Virus record (IMG/VR): IMGVR_UViG_3300032270_000543 | Coordinates: 64,001 to 128,000 of that record | Direction: 5' to 3' (one strand) | DNA length: 64,000 nt | Source of the DNA: a virus | Lineage: Duplodnaviria; Caudoviricetes | Shown here: positions 54,791 through 64,000 of the stretch, one piece after another | Layout of the letters: each line of letters starts with the position of its first letter | Numbering within the stretch: position 1 is the stretch's first letter | The notes under the pieces: model-generated | Database searches by the model: none | What the model saw: the letters and a program-made list of their open reading frames with translations, nothing else | What the model was told of the DNA's origin: nothing | Program-made: the position numbers and the translations under genes

Positions 54791-55999
54791 ATGCCTTTGA
54801 TACGATTCACCGAACATCTGGTTGAGGCTGTAAAAAAGACTGGAAAGAATGTCCACTTGGAGCATCTTGAAGACGAGATGCTGAACAGCGGATACTCTGG
54901 CTTTGTCAGCAGCATGAAGTCCATCACTGGTTTGATGGACGCTTTGGGCGCAAACGAACCAAGCGCATACGATGTCACCGTGAAGTGGGACGGCGCACCC
55001 GCAATATTCTGCGGAACAGATCCATCAACTGGCAAGTTCTTCGTTGGTACGAAGAGCGTGTTCAATGTGACACCCAAGTTAAACTTCACTGATGCGGACA
55101 TAGACGCAAACCACCCCGAGGGTGGACTAAACGAAAAACTGAAACTCGCTCTGAAGCACCTGTCTAAACTAGGTGTGCGTGGTGTGCTGCAAGGAGACTT
55201 CTTGTTCAAGCACGATACTCTGCAACGAGAAAAGATTGACGGAAAAGCCTATCTCACTTTCCAAGCAAACACCATCAGGTACGCAGTGAGTGCCAACAGC
55301 GATTTGGCGAAGCGTATGAGTGCAGCCAAGATGGGAATCGTGTTCCATACTGCATACGAAGGCAACACCATGCAGGACATGAGTGCGCGGTTCAACCCCG
55401 ATATCTCGTACTTGAAGAAGAGCAAGGATGTGTGGTTCGACAACGCCACACTTCGTGTTGCCTCTGGCTCGGCACTGTTCAGCCCAACGGATCGTAGAAC
55501 AATTGAAGCCTCAATCCAATCGCTCACGCGCACTGCCGAATCTCTGAAAGCAATACTCAACGCCATCGGAAAGAACGATGGGGTGAAACAGGCTATCAAA
55601 GGATACATCAACTCTCTTGTATCTAAAGGGATTGCCAGTTCACACGCTGATGTGAATCAATTGATTGCATTCCTGCAATCAAAATCGGCACTCGTCAGGA
55701 AGAAACCAAGCACAAAGCCAACACCCACGATGGAATGGATACGGAAAAACCGTAATCAGATCGGTCGGGTGTTCGCCCTACATAACTCTGTCGCGCAGTT
55801 GAAGTTGGTTGTGCGCGACAAACTTGCATCCCTTGAGGGTGAGGTTTCGACCTTCATCAAGGACGGCAAGGGATATCGCGTCACGACACCCGAAGGTTTC
55901 GTGGCAATCGACCGCTTGACCAACCAAGCGGTGAAAATTGTAGATCGCCTTGACTTCTCGCGCAGCAACATGACCGTAGAGAAGTCTTGGAAAAAGTAA
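54791..55999 (+). CDS. DUF6267-like protein with RNA-ligase-type nucleotidyltransferase motifs
   Basis: KNVHLEHLED, TVKWDGAPA (KxDG), LQGDFLF, PEGFVA, VKIVDRLDFS. Confidence 0.75.
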   Translation: MPLIRFTEHLVEAVKKTGKNVHLEHLEDEMLNSGYSGFVSSMKSITGLMDALGANEPSAYDVTVKWDGAPAIFCGTDPSTGKFFVGTKSVFNVTPKLNFTDADIDANHPEGGLNEKLKLALKHLSKLGVRGVLQGDFLFKHDTLQREKIDGKAYLTFQANTIRYAVSANSDLAKRMSAAKMGIVFHTAYEGNTMQDMSARFNPDISYLKKSKDVWFDNATLRVASGSALFSPTDRRTIEASIQSLTRTAESLKAILNAIGKNDGVKQAIKGYINSLVSKGIASSHADVNQLIAFLQSKSALVRKKPSTKPTPTMEWIRKNRNQIGRVFALHNSVAQLKLVVRDKLASLEGEVSTFIKDGKGYRVTTPEGFVAIDRLTNQAVKIVDRLDFSRSNMTVEKSWKK

Positions 56000-56033
56000 A
56001 CGAGCAGTTGGTTCAGGAAGTGCAATATCGGAG

Positions 56034-57089
56034 GTGATCCCCGTGGCTAAACAGAAAGAGAAAACTCAGTCTGCGCGACCTAGCAAAACCATCGTGGTTG
56101 CATTCGGTCGCTTTCAGCCACCAACTTCAGGACACCAACTGCTCGTTGACAAAGTGGTGGAGACTGCCAAGAAACATGGCGCAGAACACGCCATGTTCAG
56201 CAGTCGCACCAACGATCCAAAGAAGAACCCTCTAACCCCCAAGCAGAAGTTTCACTATCTGAAGAAGTTTTTTCCCGAAGCGAACTTCATCGACAACGCC
56301 AAGATCAAGAATCCAGTGGATATGCTGTTCTGGTTGGCAGACAAGGGCTACGATCATGTGCTGCTTGTTGGTGGAGAAGACCGCGAGGGTGGTTATGAAA
56401 TGTTCAAGGACTTGATGAAACCCACCGCCACGGAAAGGCTCAAGTTGAAGTCGTTGAACATTGTCAGCGCAGGCAAGCGCGATGAGAAGGCTGGTGGAGT
56501 TGTGGGAATGAGCGCATCTAAACTTCGCGCCGCCGCTGCTGAAAATGACTTTGCGACATTTAAAACTGGAATGCCTCGCCGCGTAAACACAGCAGACGCA
56601 AAGGCACTGTTCAATGACCTAAAGAAAGGTATGCGTACAGTCCGCAAGGAAGATGTGGACTACGGTGACATTTATGCCACTGCTGCGATTCGTCTTGTGG
56701 AAAGCGACAAGAAAAAGCGCAGACCCGATACACCTGGTCAGACTGGTGGCTTCTCCAAGCACAATAAAATATTCCCCACTCCCCCGTGCAAGATTGACGA
56801 AGACTTGGCGCGGTGGTTCAAAGAGAAGTGGGTGAATATTGGCGGCAAGAAAGACCCCAAGACAGGGCAGTATCCGCCCTGTGGTCGCCATGACACCTCT
56901 ACGGGAAAATACCCCAAGTGCCGTCCCGCCAATAAGGTAAGCAGTGAAACCCCCGAAACCGTGGGCGAGATGACTCCCAAAGAGAGAAAATCGGCTGTGA
57001 TTCAAAAAAGACGGGTTGAACCAGAGACACAAAGAAGCGGAAAAGGCAACGCCCCGCATATGACTAGCCACTTGAAAAAGCCTAAATAA
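56034..57089 (+). CDS. Cytidyltransferase-like (HIGH superfamily) protein with C-terminal basic modules
   Basis: FGRFQPPTSGH, KNPL, SAGKRD, MSASKLR; then EDLARWFKEKWVNI...PKCRP. Confidence 0.85.
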   Translation: MIPVAKQKEKTQSARPSKTIVVAFGRFQPPTSGHQLLVDKVVETAKKHGAEHAMFSSRTNDPKKNPLTPKQKFHYLKKFFPEANFIDNAKIKNPVDMLFWLADKGYDHVLLVGGEDREGGYEMFKDLMKPTATERLKLKSLNIVSAGKRDEKAGGVVGMSASKLRAAAAENDFATFKTGMPRRVNTADAKALFNDLKKGMRTVRKEDVDYGDIYATAAIRLVESDKKKRRPDTPGQTGGFSKHNKIFPTPPCKIDEDLARWFKEKWVNIGGKKDPKTGQYPPCGRHDTSTGKYPKCRPANKVSSETPETVGEMTPKERKSAVIQKRRVEPETQRSGKGNAPHMTSHLKKPK

Positions 57090-57106
57090 TCAAAACGGAG
57101 GCTCAC

Positions 57107-58330
57107 ATGGACGGAATCGGAAACGATGGCGGAATCACATCCAAATTGAATACCCTGCTACGCATGGGTCTGGTGTCGCGTAACAATGTGCGCCGCGCCC
57201 AATTCCTGTTTCAGAATCCTGAAAAGGCAATGAAGAACCCCGCGTACCGCCTGCTAATGCAGGAAATCCTCATGGATGTGGTGGATCGCGTCCTGAACAA
57301 CCGCCAACTTTACACCGTCCTGCGGCAGACCATCTCCAAGGAACCGAACCTGACCACAGAATCCGTTCAGGGGGAGCGCATGAAGACCCTGTTGAGAAGC
57401 GGTCTTGTGAAAAAGAAGAATATGCTTGCTGCTCGTCGCGCCCTGGAGTCGAATGCCAATGCCATGCAGATGAGCGCGGTCAAAGTGTACCGCGAGATGA
57501 TGATTGACATGATGGACACTATGGTGAGCAAAATTACTGGTTCTCCTGTGCTGTTCAACGCATTCAAGCGCACGATGGGCAAGCAAGAGGTCGAAGAGTC
57601 ATTCGAGGTTCCAACACAGGAAAGCCTTGAAGAATTCTTCTACATGGAAGATGTGCAGACCCTCATGGAGAAGAACAAGCCAACCAATCCAAGCCTGTGG
57701 GCAAAGATGAAGGCTGCTGCCAAGAAGAAGTTTGATGTGTATCCGTCTGCCTACGCCAACGGTTGGGCTGTCAAGCAGTACAACGAAAAGGGCGGCGGAT
57801 GGAAGAGCGTGAGCGAAGGCAAGACATTCTTCAACTTCATGGACGAGTTGGACGAGGAGATCACTCCCGCTCGTCAGGCTGTGATTGACCGCGAAAAGGA
57901 AAAGGCTTCAAAGGCTCTGAACAAGGGCAAGACCGCCAAAGAACGCGACAGAGGATACGCCCGTGGTTCGCGCATCAACTACCTTGAACTCGTACACAAG
58001 TACGGACGCAAGTCGGACAAAGAAGGCAGTCCGTATCAGGTAAACAAGCGTGAACTGAACAAGTGGCGCAAGGCTGAACACAGCATGAGAGAAGGATGGG
58101 AAGGCTCTCCTGCCCAATCCAAACTAAAGAAAGCCAAGGCTGACTATGCCAAGCACTCCGCTGAAATGAGCAAGCCTGTTCCGCCAACAAAGGGTTCCAC
58201 CAATCCGATGGCGCGACAGGACACCAAGAGCGGCAAGATGTATTGGGCGGCGGATCGCCGCAAGAAGAGCGGAACAGGAACCAAGCGAGCGTCCGATGCG
58301 GACTACCGCTCAGACACAACTTCAGAGTAA
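57107..58330 (+). CDS. Modular putative internal head protein
   Basis: Duplicated TLLR.GLV domain; EKNKPTNPSLW...FDVYPSAYANGW module; internal KTFFNFMDE. Confidence 0.7.
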   Translation: MDGIGNDGGITSKLNTLLRMGLVSRNNVRRAQFLFQNPEKAMKNPAYRLLMQEILMDVVDRVLNNRQLYTVLRQTISKEPNLTTESVQGERMKTLLRSGLVKKKNMLAARRALESNANAMQMSAVKVYREMMIDMMDTMVSKITGSPVLFNAFKRTMGKQEVEESFEVPTQESLEEFFYMEDVQTLMEKNKPTNPSLWAKMKAAAKKKFDVYPSAYANGWAVKQYNEKGGGWKSVSEGKTFFNFMDELDEEITPARQAVIDREKEKASKALNKGKTAKERDRGYARGSRINYLELVHKYGRKSDKEGSPYQVNKRELNKWRKAEHSMREGWEGSPAQSKLKKAKADYAKHSAEMSKPVPPTKGSTNPMARQDTKSGKMYWAADRRKKSGTGTKRASDADYRSDTTSE

Positions 58331-58342
58331 AAGGTAAATCAC

Positions 58343-59815
58343 ATGAGCGAACACAAGAGATTCAAGGCATTCCGCAGCGAACTGACCGAGAGTGAGTACA
58401 AGGAAACCCTCACGGGCTATCCCAATCGTGGCATCAACACCGAAGACGGACCCGTCAACTTTGGTCCTGAGCGCATGGCACAGATCAACGCCATGTTGAA
58501 TGCCATCAGCCACAGCACCTTTCAGTCTCCCAACGAAGCGTTCATCCGCATCAAGACGCGCCTGAACCTGCTCATGCTGGACTTCCCGTGGACACCGTAT
58601 CTGTGGCAGGATGGCGGCACTGGTCCTGTTACTCTCACCGTAACCCTGTTCGGTCGCGTTGACGGCATTGACGGCAACACAGGCAATGTCGTGATGAACG
58701 GCAAGGCTAATCCCACCGCAGGACTGCAAGAGTTTACCCTGCTGGCTTCCATTGAAATGGCAGAAAACGGGCTGTATCGCGTCAACGCCAAACTCATGCC
58801 CAAGGCTGATGCAGTGGTAGCCGAAGAAGGCGTAGAGCATGACGGCGACAGCCTTGACGAGATGGCACAGACTCCTGCTCGTCAGCGGGACATGGAACAC
58901 GCGATTCAGCGTGCCGATGTCAAGGCTCAACGCGGCTACGAAGCCAAGATGAACAAGACGGGCAAGGCTGCGGAGCGTGGACGCAAACTGGAAGACAAGC
59001 ACGATACTGCTGTGCGCCGTCTGATTGCGCGTGATACCAAGGAATACGAGTCTGAAAAACTGTACGGTCGCGGCGGCAAGATCGTGAAGGGCAAGCGCAA
59101 GCCCGTGAAGGAAGAGGTTGAGCCTATTGAAGAAATGCACAAGGCGGGAGATTCCGTCAAGGTTCCCCACAAGGGCAAGATGGTGAAGGGTAAGATCGTT
59201 CGCCACGACAGCGGCGGCAGCGGCAAGGCACAGCAGCACGGCGGCGGTTATGTGGTTGATGTTGGCGAGTACGGCAGCATCACCGTTCCCCACCACAAGA
59301 TTGTGAAGGAAGCCGCCGAACAGATTGACGAGTTGAGCAAGAAGACGAAGGACGCATATGTTGCCAAGCGTGGTTCGCAACTATCGTCCATGTTGAGCGG
59401 ACACACCCGTGGCAAGCAACTCACTGGCAAGCAGCAAGCCAATGCCGTCAAGGGCATCAAGCAGGCTACGGGCGTGAGCGAAGAACTCGTTGGCGGTCAG
59501 AAGAAGATTGATGCCAACAAGAACGGCAAACTTGACGCACAGGACTTCAAGATGCTCCGCGCCAAGAAGAAGCCTGTGAAGGAAGAGACTGTTGCCGAAG
59601 CCAAGAAGTTCAAGGCATGGACTCCTCGCTTGGACAAACTGATGAAGAACCGTGACGCGGTTCGCAGCAAGCCCAAGAAGACCGTCAAGGAAGACAACAC
59701 CACATATGTGGGCGGAATCTCCCTACAGCAGCCAGACCCAACCGTTTCGCAGGCGGATCAGAGCGGCAAAGGTCGCCGCTTCCACAAGAAGGCGCAAAAA
59801 GGCGTCTTCGAATAA
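58343..59815 (+). CDS. Modular putative internal head protein
   Basis: KRFKAFRSELTE; modules after LDE, IEE, IDE, SEE incl. EF-hand-like GGQKKIDANKNGKLDAQDFKMLR. Confidence 0.7.
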   Translation: MSEHKRFKAFRSELTESEYKETLTGYPNRGINTEDGPVNFGPERMAQINAMLNAISHSTFQSPNEAFIRIKTRLNLLMLDFPWTPYLWQDGGTGPVTLTVTLFGRVDGIDGNTGNVVMNGKANPTAGLQEFTLLASIEMAENGLYRVNAKLMPKADAVVAEEGVEHDGDSLDEMAQTPARQRDMEHAIQRADVKAQRGYEAKMNKTGKAAERGRKLEDKHDTAVRRLIARDTKEYESEKLYGRGGKIVKGKRKPVKEEVEPIEEMHKAGDSVKVPHKGKMVKGKIVRHDSGGSGKAQQHGGGYVVDVGEYGSITVPHHKIVKEAAEQIDELSKKTKDAYVAKRGSQLSSMLSGHTRGKQLTGKQQANAVKGIKQATGVSEELVGGQKKIDANKNGKLDAQDFKMLRAKKKPVKEETVAEAKKFKAWTPRLDKLMKNRDAVRSKPKKTVKEDNTTYVGGISLQQPDPTVSQADQSGKGRRFHKKAQKGVFE

Positions 59816-59834
59816 ACACTGATCTCTTTTCATC

Positions 59835-60218
59835 ATGGACTTCAAACAGTTGAACCGCGAAAACTTCATGCTTTATGCCATCGGGAACTACACCAATCCC
59901 GATTGCTTGGGCATGAACGAGTTCAATGAAGACATTTCAAAAATCAAGTATGTGAAGCGGTTGCTGAAGAAGTATCAGCGAACGGGACGAATCCGTCCGA
60001 TCCTGCTTCTGAACCATCTAATGATACTTGGAAATGTGTTTGGGCGTGAGCCTGCATCACGAATGCTGTTCTATAAATTAGAACCCGATATCCATTCCGC
60101 CCTCAAGACAGTCCTCTTGTTCATCGAATACATAGAGGACGGGGCAATGCTTGACGGACGAGCATTGGCAGACATCCCGCTAGACTCCAATCTTGCACGG
60201 ATACTGAAGCAACTGTAA
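59835..60218 (+). CDS. Conserved T4-like phage hypothetical protein
   Basis: LNRENFMLYA..Y.NP.C..EF.EDI..IKYVKRLL...LLLNHLMILGNVFG. Confidence 0.85.
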   Translation: MDFKQLNRENFMLYAIGNYTNPDCLGMNEFNEDISKIKYVKRLLKKYQRTGRIRPILLLNHLMILGNVFGREPASRMLFYKLEPDIHSALKTVLLFIEYIEDGAMLDGRALADIPLDSNLARILKQL

Positions 60219-60655
60219 TGGCAAACACCACAATAAATCCATTCGTTCCCCACAACAGCACGGTAAAAGCGTGGTGTTCCGTAAGTCCACACCATGCAGA
60301 CCCGCCAACACAGGAGCGAATTGATCTGCGTTCGTTCTGTGACGGCTACAACCTGTATTTGGATATCGAATCGCAGACCTATGCAGCATCAACTGCTGGT
60401 ACAGGTGCTTTGAAATTCACCTTTGTCAACCCCATGCAGGACGACAAATACAAGGTTTTCGTTCAGGTGTACGCAGATCCGTCTTTCTCTCCCGCTGTTG
60501 CCCATGTGCTGAACTCACCCCAATACCCGAAGACAACTGATTCGTTTTGGATTCGATTGGGATCGTCGTACAGAGGAAGTCAAGACAATATTGGGCTGTA
60601 TTCCACGCGGCTGTTGACTTCAGGAAAAATCAAACTCAAAGTGGTGGTGCTATGA
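60218..60655 (+). CDS. Tail-fibre-associated small domain protein
   Basis: VKAW...FTFVNPMQDDKY.V pattern. Confidence 0.55.
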   Translation: MANTTINPFVPHNSTVKAWCSVSPHHADPPTQERIDLRSFCDGYNLYLDIESQTYAASTAGTGALKFTFVNPMQDDKYKVFVQVYADPSFSPAVAHVLNSPQYPKTTDSFWIRLGSSYRGSQDNIGLYSTRLLTSGKIKLKVVVL

Positions 60656-63600
60656 CATCGGTTTCGCAATATACATCCAGCACAGTCAATGTTCCAACTT
60701 GCAATGCGTGGGCAAACATTGTTCTTGGAAACCAACTCAACTCGTCCCTTATTAGTGATCATTACGGCATAACGGGAACCCGTAGAATTGTAGCGGGACA
60801 CCACGGTATTTGCTTCAGCAATTCCAACGAGTTTGCATCGGGAGAGTATGTGGTTGTGTACACTCCCGAACTGCGGTACGATGGATCTGATTGCGTTCTG
60901 TTCGTTGGATGCGATTACAACATGGAGAAATCCTCCACATGGGTTCCTTCAGGTGGAGTATGTGCAGGACCAACTGCATCAACCGAAGTTCGTGTGTGGT
61001 TTATGAACTCTAGCCAAGCAGGATTCGTTTCTGGTAGTGGTCTTGGTACAAACACAGGCAGAGGACCGCACATTTCTAACAATCCGCTTCCTGACATTGG
61101 TACAGGCAGCAATGGAAACGGTGTTGCCAATGGAACAGTCGATGATACAGGAACTGGTCCAGGAACTGGTGGAGGAACTGATCCTGATGACAATACTAAT
61201 ACAGGTCAAGGACCAGGCAGCGGACCAGGTAGCAATCGTGATGTTACTTTCGGTGAAGTAGCACTCAACATGGCTGCTTTCTCGTTCAGCAAGGACAACG
61301 AGATTCACAGTCGCTTGGGTGGTACATTTGATTTTATTCCTGGCGCTTCTGGCTACGGTCTTCAGGGAAACACCTACGCTTCTACTGCAATGAACCTTTC
61401 CGAAAAGCGAAAGGCTGTTGCATACGGAACGATTGTGATTCCAGGTATTGAAACCACTGCGTCAACGGTGCATCCGTATTTCGAAAACTCGCTTGGGATT
61501 GCAGGACTATCCGCAGGAGAAAACTCTGTTTTTGATGTGTACTTCAATGGAACTATGAAGAATAGTTCGTACTGCGTGATACTAACGGCAGAATCAGAGC
61601 AGGGATATCGGGGTGGATTCGATCCTAATCTGCCTGGCGACATTCCAACGGAAGGCGAGTTCTCCGTAGTCGCGGTTCGCGCTGGCAGCAACGGTGACAC
61701 AAAAACTCCATCGTTCTTCCGTATTGAACAGTATAAGAAGGATGCTGCGAGTGGATTCTGGGGTGTGTCTCCTATTGCAATGAAGGCAGGACGCACAGAG
61801 CGCATTCACTTCATGGTGTTTGGAGAGACAAGTAACGGCAAGTCTTGGCTGACCAATCCAAACCCACTCTCTTCGTTTGGCGGAAGTCTACAAAACACCG
61901 ACTACAATGTTTGGGCGGTTGATTTCTTCGGAAGATCCAATGCGTCAGCCCCATCGGTACTTCCTATGATATGGGAGTCTGGCAGCACTCCGTATATTCA
62001 TCCAGAAGCAGGATACACTGCACATCCAGATGATTTCATCAGGCAAGCAGCGGAAAAATTGAAGACTGTGCCAGAGGGCAGACGAGTGTACTGTCCAGGA
62101 ATGTATTACACTGTTGCACCCGTTTCAAGAACAAATCCTGTTTCAAGTGAACGGCTAGTACAATACTACGCCATCAAGGATGGATACACATACTCAAGCA
62201 CTCTGTATCCTGCGGGAATAACAAACAGTGAAGTAAAAATCAACGGTATCACTTTTTACGGTGCAACTCTTGCAGGTACTCGTAGAGTTCTGTCGCTGTA
62301 CGCCGACAACCAAGTAGAAGACATCAAAACTTCTCTAGAGAATTTCCTGACCAAACTGTCAGAATACGGTGCAAGCGTTAATTACATTTCCGATGATGCA
62401 GAAAACCTTGCTGGCGTTGGAATGTATGATGTTGGTGGTGGTCTTGCAACTGAAGCAAAAGGTGGTGGGTACGCTCAGGGAAGACAACTGCTCACCAATC
62501 AGGGGATGATTGGCAACACTCTGGAAATGCTGTTCGACTATTACGGCATCTCTGCTGCGGGTTCCTGTGGAGCAAAGATAAACGCATTTGATCCTGAATT
62601 GCTGCGTGCATGGGCATACGATCCACGCAACACCACATATCAGTTTTCCACTGATGGTGTTACCGCAAGCGACTCTCCCACTATTTCTTCCCGCTTCTTG
62701 GACATATACAAGTCTTTGTTTGCGTACTACGGAGGAACAGGAACAACCGCTTCCTCTTATACAGGTGCAATCGACCTCCTGTATAACAACGGAACCAATG
62801 TGAGTTCAACATATCGTTCTGCATATTGGGCTACGGACTACAGCCCGTATCAGGGAATGACGACAAACAATTTTGCTAGATTCCACATTGCTTATGCACA
62901 CGAGCAAACAATGGTGGAACTGTATTACGGGCACTATCGGTACAAAGCGTACAAGCCTGCACTGGATCGTGGAGCAACATACACACAGTACGATTCTGTA
63001 AAGGTTAATCTTGAAGACCTTCCGTTTGCATCAGATGCAAACTCTTATCCTAAAGTCGGTTCTTCTCCCGTAAGACAGGGAATGATTGCTCCTGTTCTGT
63101 ATGGTGATGGACTTGGTGCTTGGGGTAATGATTATCACCTGATCCGAAACATCGGATATTTCCCAAATCCAACTAACGATGCCGAGAAGTACTACTTCTC
63201 TGGCTACACATACCCACAGGGTAGACCGTATTCAGAATACGGAAGCATTCGTGATGGTTGCAAGCATTTCTATCCTAGAACGGCACTGCTTGGTGGTGTT
63301 GGTGGAAGTAGTCCAGGCTTCACAGGAAACACCGCTGCCAATACAGGAGTTCAAGGCGCAACAATTGCGGTTGCTCCTGCCTCTGGTGGAAAAACACTTG
63401 AAGTATGGGGTGGATTCACTGCAAAAGCAGGTGACTACATTTGGTTCCGCTCACACGGTGCGTCTGCATACAGTACACCATTCACTGTTGCAGCAGGTTT
63501 GACAGCCAGCACAGGTCAAAAGAAAACGCTGTCTGTGTTTGAGGATCTGGGTGGTTACGGATTGGTCGCGGGTCATACTTTTGAAATAGAAAGAACGGCA

Positions 63601-64000
63601 TCGAATGGAGGTTTTGCACAGTTTGTCCACAGTCTTCAGTATGTAAGAGCGATTCTGCGTGGAAATTCAGAAATTGCAACTCATGGAATGTGTCCTTGGG
63701 TAAGCGGTCCTGGCTTTGGATTTGGTGCCCAATGGCACTACAACGAAGACAATCGGTATTGGTGGGAGCAGAATTACCACTTGTTGGTATCAGGAACTAG
63801 TTTCTTCAACTTCTTTGATCAAGGCGGGGAATGGCTTACAATGGAGAAACTGCTGTCCAACTGGCGGAATCTCACCAGCAACTCCCGCTGCATTTCAGCA
63901 ACAAAGAGCAAGATAGCCTTGAACTCCGAAGTGTTTACTAGCGGTGGCGTTTTGAAAGAAGGACCAAACAAGGGATTGTATCTGTGGAGAATCACGGTTC
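60652..64000 (+). CDS. Large virion/tail protein (partial, runs off window end)
   Basis: ATGA overlap at 60652; MTSVSQYTSS..CNAWANI..; Gly/Thr/Tyr-rich; apparently open to the end (not in ORF track because no stop). Confidence 0.7.
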   Translation, partial: MTSVSQYTSSTVNVPTCNAWANIVLGNQLNSSLISDHYGITGTRRIVAGHHGICFSNSNEFASGEYVVVYTPELRYDGSDCVLFVGCDYNMEKSSTWVPSGGVCAGPTASTEVRVWFMNSSQAGFVSGSGLGTNTGRGPHISNNPLPDIGTGSNGNGVANGTVDDTGTGPGTGGGTDPDDNTNTGQGPGSGPGSNRDVTFGEVALNMAAFSFSKDNEIHSRLGGTFDFIPGASGYGLQGNTYASTAMNLSEKRKAVAYGTIVIPGIETTASTVHPYFENSLGIAGLSAGENSVFDVYFNGTMKNSSYCVILTAESEQGYRGGFDPNLPGDIPTEGEFSVVAVRAGSNGDTKTPSFFRIEQYKKDAASGFWGVSPIAMKAGRTERIHFMVFGETSNGKSWLTNPNPLSSFGGSLQNTDYNVWAVDFFGRSNASAPSVLPMIWESGSTPYIHPEAGYTAHPDDFIRQAAEKLKTVPEGRRVYCPGMYYTVAPVSRTNPVSSERLVQYYAIKDGYTYSSTLYPAGITNSEVKINGITFYGATLAGTRRVLSLYADNQVEDIKTSLENFLTKLSEYGASVNYISDDAENLAGVGMYDVGGGLATEAKGGGYAQGRQLLTNQGMIGNTLEMLFDYYGISAAGSCGAKINAFDPELLRAWAYDPRNTTYQFSTDGVTASDSPTISSRFLDIYKSLFAYYGGTGTTASSYTGAIDLLYNNGTNVSSTYRSAYWATDYSPYQGMTTNNFARFHIAYAHEQTMVELYYGHYRYKAYKPALDRGATYTQYDSVKVNLEDLPFASDANSYPKVGSSPVRQGMIAPVLYGDGLGAWGNDYHLIRNIGYFPNPTNDAEKYYFSGYTYPQGRPYSEYGSIRDGCKHFYPRTALLGGVGGSSPGFTGNTAANTGVQGATIAVAPASGGKTLEVWGGFTAKAGDYIWFRSHGASAYSTPFTVAAGLTASTGQKKTLSVFEDLGGYGLVAGHTFEIERTASNGGFAQFVHSLQYVRAILRGNSEIATHGMCPWVSGPGFGFGAQWHYNEDNRYWWEQNYHLLVSGTSFFNFFDQGGEWLTMEKLLSNWRNLTSNSRCISATKSKIALNSEVFTSGGVLKEGPNKGLYLWRITV

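Noticed and set aside
1-64000. Stop-codon reassignment
   Set aside because: Core genes are intact in the standard code and no suppressor tRNA was found

Overview
The window is a 64-kb piece of a large T4-like myophage genome in the standard genetic code; no host DNA is evident. 1-11.4 kb is the baseplate/tail module: PAAR, gp5, gp27-like, gp53, gp48, gp4, gp2, gp54/19-like, gp26, gp51-like and a tape-measure-like gene. 11.5-17 kb holds gp32, gp33 and two large virion-type proteins. 17-41.2 kb is a minus-strand early/accessory region with 10 tRNA genes, one tRNA-like RNA, a circularly permuted (two-piece) tmRNA, PEP-CTERM-like proteins, Dps-like, TraR/DksA-like, deaminase, ART-like and CobS/CobT-like genes, and many small cassettes driven by sigma70-like promoters, mostly with 16-bp spacers and often leaderless. 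41.5-64 kb is a plus-strand, mostly late region rich in proteins starting with a T4 capsid-targeting-like signal (MKxFxxxLxE), including Nudix, HAD/HNH, ParB-like and RNA-ligase-like proteins and a neighbouring cytidyltransferase-like protein, followed by a large tail/virion protein that runs off the window. PAPG-type PEP-CTERM tails suggest a Planctomycete (Phycisphaerae-like) host (inference). The most notable signals are: the permuted tmRNA with tag ANKLAMAA; a -1 frameshift joining gp26 to gp51 just before the tape-measure-like gene; a structured leader plus tRNA-like RNA heading the tRNA array; an atypical tRNA-Ile(UAU); a pseudoknotted 5' UTR; and a putative packaged set of enzymes and small-module polyproteins. 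All family assignments are from motif recognition by eye; no searches were run.
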